From positions 1-64,000 of the IMG/VR virus record IMGVR_UViG_3300046474_000470: a DNA stretch of 64,000 nt, one strand, 5' to 3'. This stretch comes from a virus. Made by a program: the position numbers and the translations under genes. The notes beneath the pieces are model-generated. The model was not told where the DNA came from and made no database searches. It saw nothing but the letters and a program-made list of their open reading frames with translations. Within the stretch, counting starts at the first letter, position 1; every line of letters starts with the position of its first letter. Shown here one piece after another: positions 19,102 to 28,244 of the stretch.

Positions 19102-19765
19102 GTACTTCTCCTTGTGGCAGCAGCAGTGCGCTCGAGATATCCCATCCGAGGGCTCTGTAGCGATACTGCACGCTGCTGTATGTGAGGTGGAGGCTGTCGC
19201 ACAGCTTCTTCAGGCACCACTCTTCGCCCTGGTAGGCGAGCCTGATCGTGCGACAGGTATTTATTTGTTGGAGGCTCTTCGGCCACCATGTGCAGTTGCT
19301 CTTTTCGTAGTGCTTGTCGTTATCCTGCCGCTCTAGGCAGTACCCTTCAGGGCACGGCCCCATCTCGGCGAGGAACGTCTCGAAGTCCTCCCATGCAGGC
19401 GCCACCTGGATACCGCGACCGCCATACCTCGGGTAGCTTTCGTGTTTCTCATACTGGCAACGGTGGCGCATGTTCCACCAGCTGCTGTACGCGCGCTGCA
19501 CTCCAGGATCGCTACTCAGCGAAGTTCCACCGTGCGTCTTCCGCAGGCTCGAGATGTGCTCGAACTGAATGCAGCCACAGGATTTTGTGTGGCCGCTGGT
19601 CAGCGCCGGCAGCCGCGTCTCCATGTAAGTGCCACAAGAGCACAGGCACCGCCACAGCCGCCCTGACGTCCCAGGCCCTTCATCCCGGCCGTAGCGACCA
19701 AGGACCAGCAGGCGGCCGAACATCTTGCCGATCCAGTCCTCCTCCTTTAAGCGCTTTCCGCCCAT
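19079..19765 (-). CDS. Free-standing HNH homing-endonuclease-like protein
   Basis: FGRLLVL, WRCLCSCG, TKSCGC, YGGRGIQV and LERQDNDKHYEKSNCTW motifs. Confidence 0.8.
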   Translation of the reverse strand: MGGKRLKEEDWIGKMFGRLLVLGRYGRDEGPGTSGRLWRCLCSCGTYMETRLPALTSGHTKSCGCIQFEHISSLRKTHGGTSLSSDPGVQRAYSSWWNMRHRCQYEKHESYPRYGGRGIQVAPAWEDFETFLAEMGPCPEGYCLERQDNDKHYEKSNCTWWPKSLQQINTCRTIRLAYQGEEWCLKKLCDSLHLTYSSVQYRYRALGWDISSALLLPQGEVHELDSGK

Positions 19766-19787
19766 CTAATTCTCCTAGGAAAGCTGC

Positions 19788-19816
19788 ACAATAGCATCAT
19801 ATTCGCGCTGTGGCAA
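19788..19816 (-). promoter_or_regulatory. sigma70-like promoter TTGCCA-N17-TATTGT with extended -10 (TGn)
   Basis: Read on the - strand upstream of HNH/sbcD, downstream of a terminator. Confidence 0.6.
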
Positions 19817-19837
19817 CAGTCAGCACAGCACAAATGA

Positions 19838-19861
19838 AAAGAGGCCCCGCAGGACCTCTTT
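19838..19861 (-). terminator. Rho-independent terminator after the RecU-like gene
   Basis: - strand AAAGAGGTCC-TGCG-GGGCCTCTTTT. Confidence 0.7.
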
Positions 19862-19889
19862 GCCATTCTCGATCAGAACTTGCCTATAG

Positions 19890-20342
19890 TCAAGGGAAGA
19901 GCTGGGACATTACATCTTCGACTTTCGGAAAAGCCGGGTAGCCAAGCAGATCCCAGGATGGCGCTCGATCGTAGAAATGCGACACCGGGACCAGGCGCCA
20001 CTCCTTCACGCCGCCGCGCCCTTCGACCAGATGGCAGACGACCACCCAGCACGCAGCGCCTGCCAGCTGCCACTTGCGCATGCGCGCCACCTTGTCGGCA
20101 GCATAGTTCGCCGCCGGCAGGCGCCGGCTGGTCGCCGTGGTGATCTTGACCTCCTTCACCTCGATCTTGAAATTGCATGTATCGTGCATGGCTTCGAAGT
20201 CCGACGGCGCCGGCTGCGCGCTGCCGGCCCGGGCATCCGGATAGCGCAGGAAAGCGAAGTTGGCGTCGGCCTCGCTGCGCCGCGCCATCCAGTCGCGCAC
20301 CTGCTTCTCGGCCCATTTACCGCGTGTCCCAAGGGTTGCCAT
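19890..20342 (-). CDS. RecU-like Holliday junction resolvase (PD-(D/E)xK)
   Basis: RGKWAE...PSDF...IEVKEV motif. Confidence 0.7.
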   Translation of the reverse strand: MATLGTRGKWAEKQVRDWMARRSEADANFAFLRYPDARAGSAQPAPSDFEAMHDTCNFKIEVKEVKITTATSRRLPAANYAADKVARMRKWQLAGAACWVVVCHLVEGRGGVKEWRLVPVSHFYDRAPSWDLLGYPAFPKVEDVMSQLFP

Positions 20343-20343
20343 G

Positions 20344-20523
20344 TCAGTCTCCCAGTTTCGAGACAGCGCGGTAGACGTGCTCCTCGATCGCTTCAAGCTG
20401 GCGCACCAGCCAAGGGTCGCTCACCCTCTGCATGAGCGACTTGATCTCGCGCTGGGCCGCGTGCAGCTCGTGGACGGCGCCGTCGATCAGCTCGGCGGCG
20501 CGGACAGGGACGGCGGCGCTCAT
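20344..20523 (-). CDS. Hypothetical protein (59 aa)
   Basis: MSAAVPVRAAELIDGAVHELH...; fills the gap with an ATGA overlap. Confidence 0.55.
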   Translation of the reverse strand: MSAAVPVRAAELIDGAVHELHAAQREIKSLMQRVSDPWLVRQLEAIEEHVYRAVSKLGD

Positions 20524-20717
20524 GGTCGCTTCTCCAGTGCCTGCCGGCCAGCCGGGGTCAGCTGGCCGTCGATCAGAAGTCCGTGGCGATGCAGTGCAGC
20601 CAGCGTTCCCGAGGCCCCACCATGCGCAGACCGCCCTGTCAGGCCATAGGTTGCCTGCCTCCCTTCTGCGATATTGCGCAGCATGCCCAGCATAGCTGGT
20701 GAAATACGGGCGCTCAT
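20520..20717 (-). CDS. Hypothetical protein (wHTH-like)
   Basis: MSARISPAMLGMLRNIAEG...LTPAGRQAL; ATGA overlap with thyA. Confidence 0.55.
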   Translation of the reverse strand: MSARISPAMLGMLRNIAEGRQATYGLTGRSAHGGASGTLAALHRHGLLIDGQLTPAGRQALEKRP

Positions 20718-21628
20718 ACAGCCATCGGCGCTTTGATCGCCGCGTGGTGCTGGTAGTCGACCAGACGAATGTCGTCCGGGTGCAGGTGGTCGAGAATCTG
20801 ATCCAGCCGCGCCTCGGCCACGTTGACCAGGTGGTCGATCTCCAGCCGCGGCGCCGGCAGCGGCTCGCGCGCCAGCTGCTCCTTCACCTGGTCGATGTGG
20901 TTCTCGTAGATGTGGGCATCGGCCAGGAACATCGTCAGCGTGCCGGCGGTGTAGCCGGTCCACGCCGCGAACAGCTCCAGCAGCAGGGCGTAGCTGGCGA
21001 TATTGAAGGGCACGCCGAGGAACATGTCGCAGCTGCGCTGGTACATCGTCATATGCAGGACGCGGCCGTCGACGTGCGGCAGCAGCTGGAACAGCACGTG
21101 GCAGGGCGGCAGCGCGGCTTGATCCAGCTCGGCAGCGTTCCAGGCGTTGACGATGATGCGTCGGCTGGTCGAGTTGTAGCGGACGTCGTTCAACGCACGA
21201 GCAATCTGGTCGATGCTGGTCGGCGACCAGGTCACTTCACCGGCAGGGCCCTTCAGGTGCGACTCGACCAGCGGACCGCCCCAGTCGCGCCATTGCGCGC
21301 CGTAGATCCGGCCAAGGTCATCCTCGCCCTCGCGCGCCGGATTCTTCAGCCACTTCTCATTCTCGTTGGCGTTCTGGTCCCAGATGTTGCAGCCCAGCGC
21401 GCGGAAGTCGGCCGCGCTGGTCACGCCGCGCAAGAAGCCGATCAGCTCGCCCTTGACCGCGGCGAAGAACAGCTTCTTCGTGGTGATGGCCGGGAAGCCT
21501 TCGCGCAGATCGAACTTGAGCATGGCGCCGGGCAGCGTCAGGGTATCGATGCCCGTGCGGTTGGACTGGCGGATGCCGTCGCGAAGGATGGCCTGCAAGA
21601 GGCCGAGGTACTGATATTCTTGGGTCAT
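20714..21628 (-). CDS. thyA: Thymidylate synthase
   Basis: NRTG, LGRIYGAQWR, LPPCH, YQRSCDMFLGVPFNIASY and DAHIYENH motifs. Confidence 0.96.
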   Translation of the reverse strand: MTQEYQYLGLLQAILRDGIRQSNRTGIDTLTLPGAMLKFDLREGFPAITTKKLFFAAVKGELIGFLRGVTSAADFRALGCNIWDQNANENEKWLKNPAREGEDDLGRIYGAQWRDWGGPLVESHLKGPAGEVTWSPTSIDQIARALNDVRYNSTSRRIIVNAWNAAELDQAALPPCHVLFQLLPHVDGRVLHMTMYQRSCDMFLGVPFNIASYALLLELFAAWTGYTAGTLTMFLADAHIYENHIDQVKEQLAREPLPAPRLEIDHLVNVAEARLDQILDHLHPDDIRLVDYQHHAAIKAPMAV

Positions 21629-21828
21629 TATTTGCTTTCAGGTTTCAGGGTTACGGTAATTTGGAGGACTTTGGCTTTCGGCATGCCGATGTGGTCAAGG
21701 TCGAAATCCTTGACGCCGGAAATAAAGTTCAGATCGCGGCCGGTGTGCTTCTGGATGTATTCGGCCAACGCGGCAGTGACATCCGCTCCGTCGATCTCGA
21801 TATAGTCGAGCGGCTGGACGACCTTCAC
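21628..21828 (-). CDS. Hypothetical protein
   Basis: 66-aa ORF coupled to both neighbours. Confidence 0.6.
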   Translation of the reverse strand: MKVVQPLDYIEIDGADVTAALAEYIQKHTGRDLNFISGVKDFDLDHIGMPKAKVLQITVTLKPESK

Positions 21829-22823
21829 GCCGCCTCCTGCGCCGGCATGTCGGTCTTCTCGCGACGCCGCAAGAAGCGTGCCTGCCGAGGGGCGTCTTTA
21901 ATGCCCGTATCCAGGCTCACGTATTCCGCCGGCCAGCCGCAGATCTGGTCCGGATTGTTGAACCATTCGACGCGCTGGGCGTGCGTGGCGCTGCCCGGGC
22001 CCAAGCGAATCGGCTGGCTGGTCGCCACGTCGGTCGCGAGGAAGGCGCCGATCATGCCCTTGCCGACCTTGTTCTCCTTGTGGGAGCTGCGCTCGGTGCG
22101 GCCCAAGGCGTTGGTGGTCGCCTCGTTCTGGTTTTCCATCGCCTCTTCAAAACCGGTGATGATGCAGTCCTTGACGGACGCCGGCTTGAAACGCCAGAAG
22201 TCGTTCAGCTTGGCGGTGGCGCGACCGTGCTTGTGCTTCGCTTTCGGGTCGCGGAAAATCGCGCCTTCATAGCCCAGCGCCAGGCACTCGTCGATGAAGG
22301 CCTGCGCCTGCTCGGCGTCCTCGATAACGACGTAGGGCAGGACGTTGACCCAAGCAGGGTTCGCCTGCTCCACGATCTGCGTCAGACGGCTGTAGCGATC
22401 CTCGTACGGCAAATCGACGACGTCCGGGTGCAGCCAGTCGAACAGGTTCCAGACGACGTTCGTCGGCAGCTCAGCCTCACCCTTGCGCAGCTTGCCGCGG
22501 CTGGTGATGCCGGTCGTCAGGCTGCACAGCGTCTTCGGCTTGTCGCCCGGCTTGTCGGGCGCTGTCAGGTGCGCCGGCAGCGTGCGGTTGGTCAGGTAGC
22601 CGTCGATCGTCAGCTCGCCGTCGAAGCCTTCGAACACAGGGTCGCTAAACTTCTCGACCAGCGCCGTGTTGGCCAAGTCTTCCAGCGAGCGCCCGGTGAA
22701 CTTGCCGGTGACGTGGCAGCCGCGCACACCGTCGACCTTGCGGAAGCCCCAGACAGGGAAGCGCATGCCCTTGAAGTCCGGGGCGATGTCGACGGCGAGT
22801 TGTGGGAGGATCTTAGTGGTCAT
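21825..22823 (-). CDS. ATP-dependent DNA ligase
   Basis: KVDGVR (motif I), FDGEL, LFDW, EGAIFR and WRFKP. Confidence 0.9.
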   Translation of the reverse strand: MTTKILPQLAVDIAPDFKGMRFPVWGFRKVDGVRGCHVTGKFTGRSLEDLANTALVEKFSDPVFEGFDGELTIDGYLTNRTLPAHLTAPDKPGDKPKTLCSLTTGITSRGKLRKGEAELPTNVVWNLFDWLHPDVVDLPYEDRYSRLTQIVEQANPAWVNVLPYVVIEDAEQAQAFIDECLALGYEGAIFRDPKAKHKHGRATAKLNDFWRFKPASVKDCIITGFEEAMENQNEATTNALGRTERSSHKENKVGKGMIGAFLATDVATSQPIRLGPGSATHAQRVEWFNNPDQICGWPAEYVSLDTGIKDAPRQARFLRRREKTDMPAQEAA

Positions 22824-23047
22824 TAGTTTTTCTCCACGATGATATCGATGGCTGCGTTGAAGTGAAGGGGGAGGTGCGAGTGGGAAGACGGGACAGGCAC
22901 ACGCTCGCCGTCGTCGAACAGCGAGACGTCAGCGTGGCTAAGAATCGTCAGACTCGACGCAAGATGCTTCGCAAGTGTCGTCTTGCCGCTGCCAGTGTTG
23001 CCGCTGATCGTGATGGTGATAACGGGCTTGGTGTCGCTTTTGTTCAT
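22823..23047 (-). CDS. Small P-loop protein (74 aa)
   Basis: ITISGNTGSGKTT Walker A. Confidence 0.6.
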   Translation of the reverse strand: MNKSDTKPVITITISGNTGSGKTTLAKHLASSLTILSHADVSLFDDGERVPVPSSHSHLPLHFNAAIDIIVEKN

Positions 23048-23093
23048 GGTTGCTTTCAGGTTACGTGCCCGGCGCGCGGCCGGGCTGGGTGGG

Positions 23094-23456
23094 TTATACG
23101 GTGAGTGGGTAGAGACGGCCGATCTCTTTCGCAAGGTCTGCCATCTGGTCGTGCAGCGCCTCGATGCGATGCTCAACCAGGTCATGGTCGAGTAGGAATT
23201 CGCAGTTCGGATGGGCGCCGGGCGTGCGCATCCGCTTCCAGTCAAAGCCGGTGCCGCTCTTCGGGCCTTCAACCTTGATGCCGTGCACGCTACCCGGATA
23301 CATGCGGTCCCAGACCTCCTGTATCCGATGCTCCATGTCCTCGACATAGTTCTGGTAGCTCACCAGCACGTAGACAGCGCGGCCGGCGCGCGCTAGCTGT
23401 ACCGCCTTCTCGATCATGCGCGTGGTGCGACCGGTCTGCATCAGAGCGCTATTCAT
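23094..23456 (-). CDS. Hypothetical protein with degenerate P-loop (QTGRTT)
   Basis: ATGA-coupled 120-aa ORF. Confidence 0.6.
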   Translation of the reverse strand: MNSALMQTGRTTRMIEKAVQLARAGRAVYVLVSYQNYVEDMEHRIQEVWDRMYPGSVHGIKVEGPKSGTGFDWKRMRTPGAHPNCEFLLDHDLVEHRIEALHDQMADLAKEIGRLYPLTV

Positions 23457-23809
23457 TTCCTCTTTCCTTTCTGGTTGCGACGGTACACGGTCATCTGGGC
23501 CAGCGCTTTGAAGATGTGCTGGGTCTCCTTGCCGTACAGGAGCACCACACTAAGGCGCACCGGCGCATCCAGGTCGGAGTAGTGCACGTCGGCGTCTATC
23601 GCCTCCAACGCCCAGCTGCCCCGGCGCGCGCCGGACTGAAGCCGCCCAAGTTCTTCGCGGCTGGCCATCACCCGGACCTGCAGGCGCGTCCGGAGCATGC
23701 CCGGCGCGCCGGGGCGGCCCTCCATGGCGGCGCTCAGCTCCCAGCCGGCGATGCCCTTCGACGAGATGCTCAAGGTGCGGGCGACGGCCTCTGCGACGAG
23801 ATCCTTCAT
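23453..23809 (-). CDS. Hypothetical protein
   Basis: ATGA-coupled ORF. Confidence 0.55.
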   Translation of the reverse strand: MKDLVAEAVARTLSISSKGIAGWELSAAMEGRPGAPGMLRTRLQVRVMASREELGRLQSGARRGSWALEAIDADVHYSDLDAPVRLSVVLLYGKETQHIFKALAQMTVYRRNQKGKRK

Positions 23810-24093
23810 GCGCTCACCTCGACGGCGGCCTGTTTCAGCTTCAGCGCCAGATCCGGCGACGCCATGTGGATCACGACGTCCGAGTCGTCACCAGTGCCGA
23901 AGATGTCGCCGAAGATGGCGTTGAAAGTCTCGCCAAAGCCGCCACGCTTCAGGCCTGACACGATCAGGATCTGGCCGTCCGGCGATACCAGCTTCGTCAT
24001 CCCTTCCCACTGCGACTGCACCGTGAGGTGAGCCAGCTCAACGGTCCCGATCGTCAGGGTATAGATCTCATTGCGTTTCAACTGCGCTTTCAT
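23806..24093 (-). CDS. Hypothetical protein
   Basis: AGGAGG RBS before MKAQLKRNE. Confidence 0.65.
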   Translation of the reverse strand: MKAQLKRNEIYTLTIGTVELAHLTVQSQWEGMTKLVSPDGQILIVSGLKRGGFGETFNAIFGDIFGTGDDSDVVIHMASPDLALKLKQAAVEVSA

Positions 24094-24101
24094 GCCGCCT
24101 C

Positions 24102-24293
24102 CTAGAGTTTTACGTGTGATCCGTCGCATAGCTTGTGCAGCCAAAACCACGGATCGTTGTGAGGGTGCTCTCGATATTCCTTGCCGCAGATCGAGCAGAT
24201 ACAACCGCCGCCGGCGCGCCGGAAGTCCGGGCAAGGCGTGGTCTTCTGCTCAGCCCGCATCCGATCTTCCTCAGCCATCGTGATGAAGCTCAC
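24102..24293 (-). CDS. Small Cys/His-rich putative zinc-binding protein
   Basis: CICSICGKEYREHP...LHKLCDG. Confidence 0.6.
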   Translation of the reverse strand: MSFITMAEEDRMRAEQKTTPCPDFRRAGGGCICSICGKEYREHPHNDPWFWLHKLCDGSHVKL

Positions 24294-27200
24294 GCTGCCT
24301 CCTTGATTTCGCCGCGCTTACGCATCTCGGAATACATCTCGGCCAGCCCCTTGTCGATTGCCTCTTTCGTAGGGTACGCACCGATCTCAGTCTGCCGATA
24401 GAAGTTCGGGCCGAACGAGATGGTCGACACGACTTCCAGATCCATGGTGGCGTACGGCGCCACCATGGCGGCGTGGCAGCGCGGCAGGAACTCGTAAAGG
24501 TCCTTAATGCGCACCGACCAGACAAGTTCGTCGTGGATCGGCCCGTAGCAGACCGCGTCGAAGTCGTACGCAAGGTTGTCACGCCACATGCGGCCTTCGG
24601 CAAGCTTGGTCTGCTCGCCGGCCGCGCCCTGCACCTTGAAGTTGACCGCCTGGCGCTCCGCTTTCGATTTCTCGAAGTTGGTGCCGTTGAGCAGCTGGTC
24701 GCTCAGGTGGCGCACGGCGCCCATCATGGTCCGCACGACGCCGTGCTCCTTGACCTCTTCGCGGATGGTTGCCTTCCACTGCTCGGCGATCGGATACATC
24801 GCCGCGCGCGCATCGAGGAACAGCTGGGCACGCTCGACCGAGATCATGAGCGTTGCGGCCACCTTCTCGGCCATGGCGCCGTATTCCGCCGTGAAGTTCA
24901 CCTTCTTGCCCAGGCCGCGGATGTCCTTGGCCAGCTTTTTCATCTCGGCATTCAGCGCGCCTTCCAGCGCCTTCTCGTAATCCTCGTAGGTCCAGTCGAG
25001 CTTGTTCTCCTCGCGGATGATACCGAGCGCCGTAATGGTGTGCGGCGACTTGCGCTTCTCGCCCTGGAAGCAGGACAGCGCGTTCGGGTCCTGCGACTGG
25101 AACGCGATCAGGACCATTTCCTGCGAGTCGAAGTCCATGGAGACGATCACGGCGTCAGGCCGGTGCGGCACGATCACCTCGCGGAACTTGGCCTCCTGCC
25201 CTTCGATCTTGGCGTGTTTGGGCAGCTGCTGCTTGTTCGGCTTGCTCTCGCTGGCGCGCCGGGTGTTGGTGGCGGCCTGGTTGTGCTGCGAGCGCACCTT
25301 GCCGTCCTTCCAGTGCGGGAAGTATGGGTACTTCGAGTAGAACAGCGTGCGGCGCGTGGTGACCATGCCCATCAGCTTCAGGGCTTCCAGCACGGGCTTC
25401 TGCTCCGGCATGCAGTCCTGCAAGGCGTAGGCCACCGCCAGCGCGTCCGTCTTCGGCGTGCCCTCGCGGATGCCGGCCTTCTTCATCGCGTCGGTCGGCA
25501 TGTTGCGCACGCGGATCGGCAAGCCCATTACCTCGTACATCAGCTTCTGCATCTGCAGCGGCGAGCCCTTGTTGAACTGCGGCTCGCCCTTGAAGTAGGA
25601 GCGGACGTAGTCGGTGAATCCCTTCTCGGCCTGATGAATTTCCTGCAGATCTTCATCCTGCCCGGTGTCCTCGTCGGCAGTCCTCTTTGCGTCGACCAGC
25701 AGCTCCAGCATCCGAGCGAACTGCAGGTGCTCGGTCTGGGTCTCGATGAACTTCACGATCTTCGACGGCGTGCGCATCATCGTGTCCAGCACCTGGCCGG
25801 TCACGATCGTGTAGGCCTCCTTGATCTGCGCCGGCGTGATGTCGACCGTGTACTGAGGCGGCGCCGTGCCGGCCCAGCCCTGCTCGATCAGGTACTCGCG
25901 TACCACCGCCCAGGCGGCTTCGTACGTGATGTCGTCCTCGCGCTCGAGTTCCTTGCAGCGCGCCACCGACACCTCGGTGCCGTCGATGAAGTTCTTCGCG
26001 TGCTGGTAAGCAGCGTCGATCTCCACCTCCAGATAGACCTTGTACGAGTGCTCCAGCTGCAGGAACAGCTTGTAGTAGTTGTGCAGGGCGATCGTGCAGA
26101 TGGTGTCGTCGGCGCCGTACCCAAGGACGTGCTGCGCCGATAACTCGTTCATCTTGTAGCGGCGCGTCTCGGTGGCCAGGATCGGCTCGCCGTCGTCGCC
26201 CAGCTTCAGCTGCGTCTTCGTGATCTCGGCCGGCACCATGCCAGCGGCGAGCTCCTCATCGGTCATCGGCTCGAACTTGCCGGTGCCGACCGTCTCGTAG
26301 ACGTAGTCCTCGCGCAGCAGCTTGCCGCCCCTGGGCAGCGTGCCCGGCGCGCCGGTCAGCGTGCAGGTTTCCTCGTAGGTCTCCTGGCGGTAGCCCAAGG
26401 TCCCATGCGAGCGCTGCTTCAGGCCTGTCGGGATGTTCTCGTTGACGTAGTTCGCCTCGAACTTCGTGTCGCGCACGTTCGGCAGGAAGCCGTGGTAGCC
26501 ATTGTCCATCTGGCGCGCGCCCCACTCGTTGAACAGGACCGCCAGCTCGAACGAGACGTTCTGGATGATCAGTTCCTTGTCCTGCGGGATCGCAGCGATG
26601 AACTGGCGCAGCTCCTCGCTGTCGACGTTGTCGGTGTCGGCGTGGTCGACCGGGAAGTACAGCGTGTACTGGTTGTTCGGGCCGAAGGTCAGCGCCAGAC
26701 CGGTCAGCTTCGAGCCGAACACGTCGACGCCGTCCGGATCGCCCAGCGCGGCCAGCCACTCGTCCGATTCGTCCGGGGTGGACGTCTCGATGTCCAGCGC
26801 GATGTCGCGCGAGGCGAGGATGTGCGGCGTGGCCCAGGCGCAGGCCTGCTCGAAGGTGGCGCCGGTCACCAGCCGCACGCGGCCGTACCAGGGCTTCAGG
26901 CGCGGGTCGTAGTCGGTGGCGGCCAGCTGGCGCACCATGCCGGCTTCCCAATGCAGCGGCTGGCGCATGGTGTTGACCCACTCAGGCCGCACGCGCGCCA
27001 GATCGAAGCAGCGGATCACCTGCGGCGCGTTGTCGAGGATCATCTGCAGCAGCTTGTCCTGCGGGCCGGAGATGTAGTCGGCCAGCGGCGACAGGTCGCT
27101 CCGGAGCAGCATGGCGTGGATCTCGGCCACACCGTCGTAGCCGTATTGGCGGCAAAACCGCGCCCAGGCGCTATTATCGCCCTTGGCGCCGAAGCCCGGG

Positions 27201-27817
27201 CAGCCCTTGATGTTGTCGGACGAGTCGCCGACCAGCGCCTTGTAGGTAGTGACCAGGTGGTAGTCGAAGGTGCCGTACTTGTTGAACTCGAACATCTCGT
27301 TGATCCACGTCGAGACGCGCGCGCCGTGGGCGTTCGGGTGCAGGTTCAACACCGTCAAGTCGTTGTCGAACGTGGCGACGATCAGGTCGTCCTCGGTGTT
27401 GAAGGCCAGCCACGCGAGCGTGTCGTCACCCTCGGCGAAGTCCTGATACATGACCTGGGCGCCGAGCTCGAGGAAGGTCTGCTTGAGCATGTCGCGCAGC
27501 TTGTGGAATTCCTCGTAGGCCTGCGGCGGCCGGCTGCCGGCGCCGCCGCCCTTGTACTGGTTGTCGATCAGAAGGCGCTTGGACTTGCTGTTCTGCCCTT
27601 CGAAGACTAGGATCACGTCGACCGGGTTCTTCTTGTACTGCTTCATCACGTCGAGCATGCGGCCCAGCGTGTTGTCGTAGCCGTAGGCTGCGCTGTTGAT
27701 GTAGACCTTCTTGCCTTCGTGCTCGACTTCGAAACCGTTCTCGCCATCTTTGCCCCAGCTCATCATCGTCCACATGAAGGACGACATGTCGAAGGCAAGT
27801 CGTTGGTATTTTTTCAC
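24290..27817 (-). CDS. polA: Family A DNA polymerase with 5'-3' nuclease, 3'-5' exonuclease and polymerase domains
   Basis: GTG start 7 nt after AGGAG; EGDD/DND/GDSSDNIKG (5' nuclease); LDIET and YGADD (proofreading); DFDSQE, KKVNFTAEYG and IHDEL (motifs A/B/C). Confidence 0.93.
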   Translation of the reverse strand: MKKYQRLAFDMSSFMWTMMSWGKDGENGFEVEHEGKKVYINSAAYGYDNTLGRMLDVMKQYKKNPVDVILVFEGQNSKSKRLLIDNQYKGGGAGSRPPQAYEEFHKLRDMLKQTFLELGAQVMYQDFAEGDDTLAWLAFNTEDDLIVATFDNDLTVLNLHPNAHGARVSTWINEMFEFNKYGTFDYHLVTTYKALVGDSSDNIKGCPGFGAKGDNSAWARFCRQYGYDGVAEIHAMLLRSDLSPLADYISGPQDKLLQMILDNAPQVIRCFDLARVRPEWVNTMRQPLHWEAGMVRQLAATDYDPRLKPWYGRVRLVTGATFEQACAWATPHILASRDIALDIETSTPDESDEWLAALGDPDGVDVFGSKLTGLALTFGPNNQYTLYFPVDHADTDNVDSEELRQFIAAIPQDKELIIQNVSFELAVLFNEWGARQMDNGYHGFLPNVRDTKFEANYVNENIPTGLKQRSHGTLGYRQETYEETCTLTGAPGTLPRGGKLLREDYVYETVGTGKFEPMTDEELAAGMVPAEITKTQLKLGDDGEPILATETRRYKMNELSAQHVLGYGADDTICTIALHNYYKLFLQLEHSYKVYLEVEIDAAYQHAKNFIDGTEVSVARCKELEREDDITYEAAWAVVREYLIEQGWAGTAPPQYTVDITPAQIKEAYTIVTGQVLDTMMRTPSKIVKFIETQTEHLQFARMLELLVDAKRTADEDTGQDEDLQEIHQAEKGFTDYVRSYFKGEPQFNKGSPLQMQKLMYEVMGLPIRVRNMPTDAMKKAGIREGTPKTDALAVAYALQDCMPEQKPVLEALKLMGMVTTRRTLFYSKYPYFPHWKDGKVRSQHNQAATNTRRASESKPNKQQLPKHAKIEGQEAKFREVIVPHRPDAVIVSMDFDSQEMVLIAFQSQDPNALSCFQGEKRKSPHTITALGIIREENKLDWTYEDYEKALEGALNAEMKKLAKDIRGLGKKVNFTAEYGAMAEKVAATLMISVERAQLFLDARAAMYPIAEQWKATIREEVKEHGVVRTMMGAVRHLSDQLLNGTNFEKSKAERQAVNFKVQGAAGEQTKLAEGRMWRDNLAYDFDAVCYGPIHDELVWSVRIKDLYEFLPRCHAAMVAPYATMDLEVVSTISFGPNFYRQTEIGAYPTKEAIDKGLAEMYSEMRKRGEIKEAA

Positions 27818-28005
27818 TGAAGTGCTCCTGTAGAAATGGCTCCGATAATCGCGAGGCACGCCGTCCAGATGGCAGCCACCGTCGAGAAGTGGCGCTGCCA
27901 CTCATAGTGGCCGCTGCGGTGCGCCCTGCTTGCCCATCGGATGTTCATGAAGGCGTAGTACGCCGCGAGGCAGCCAATCGCTGCCCGAACAGCCATGACC
28001 ATCAT
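27814..28005 (-). CDS. Small membrane protein
   Basis: Two hydrophobic helices; coupled overlaps. Confidence 0.55.
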   Translation of the reverse strand: MMVMAVRAAIGCLAAYYAFMNIRWASRAHRSGHYEWQRHFSTVAAIWTACLAIIGAISTGALQ

Positions 28006-28244
28006 GCTCGCCTCCGCAGCTTCGCCTGCTGTTCCTTCTTCGTCTCGCAAGTCGTGCAGCGGATCCGCTTGTAGGCGATGCGCACACCCGGCAGCTCGAC
28101 GCCGCAGTCGGCCTCGATGCAGTGCACGCCGTCGAAGTCGGGGTGGGTCTGAGTCAGCTGCAGCCGCACGCGCGCCAGGGCGTCAACGTTGGCCTGCTCC
28201 TGCATCTCGGCGGCCACGTCCAGTTCGTCGCTGCGCTCGCTCAT
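28002..28244 (-). CDS. TraR/DksA-family C4 zinc-finger protein
   Basis: N-terminal SDELDVA (DxxDxA) and CxxxxC...RCTTC. Confidence 0.8.
   Translation of the reverse strand: MSERSDELDVAAEMQEQANVDALARVRLQLTQTHPDFDGVHCIEADCGVELPGVRIAYKRIRCTTCETKKEQQAKLRRRA

Noticed and set aside
20714-21628. dCMP/dUMP hydroxymethylase for base hypermodification
   Set aside because: It keeps the canonical ThyA motifs, including the dUMP-specifying Asn in PFNIASY.
24473-27610. 556-aa and 401-aa + strand ORFs opposite polA
   Set aside because: Antisense shadows.
24290-27817. Intein or intron in polA
   Set aside because: The frame is continuous, and the insert is short and lacks intein terminal motifs.
27818-27901. 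ORF-track N-terminal extension of polA
   Set aside because: AGGAG plus GTG at 27817 is the better start, and the extension overlaps the upstream gene.
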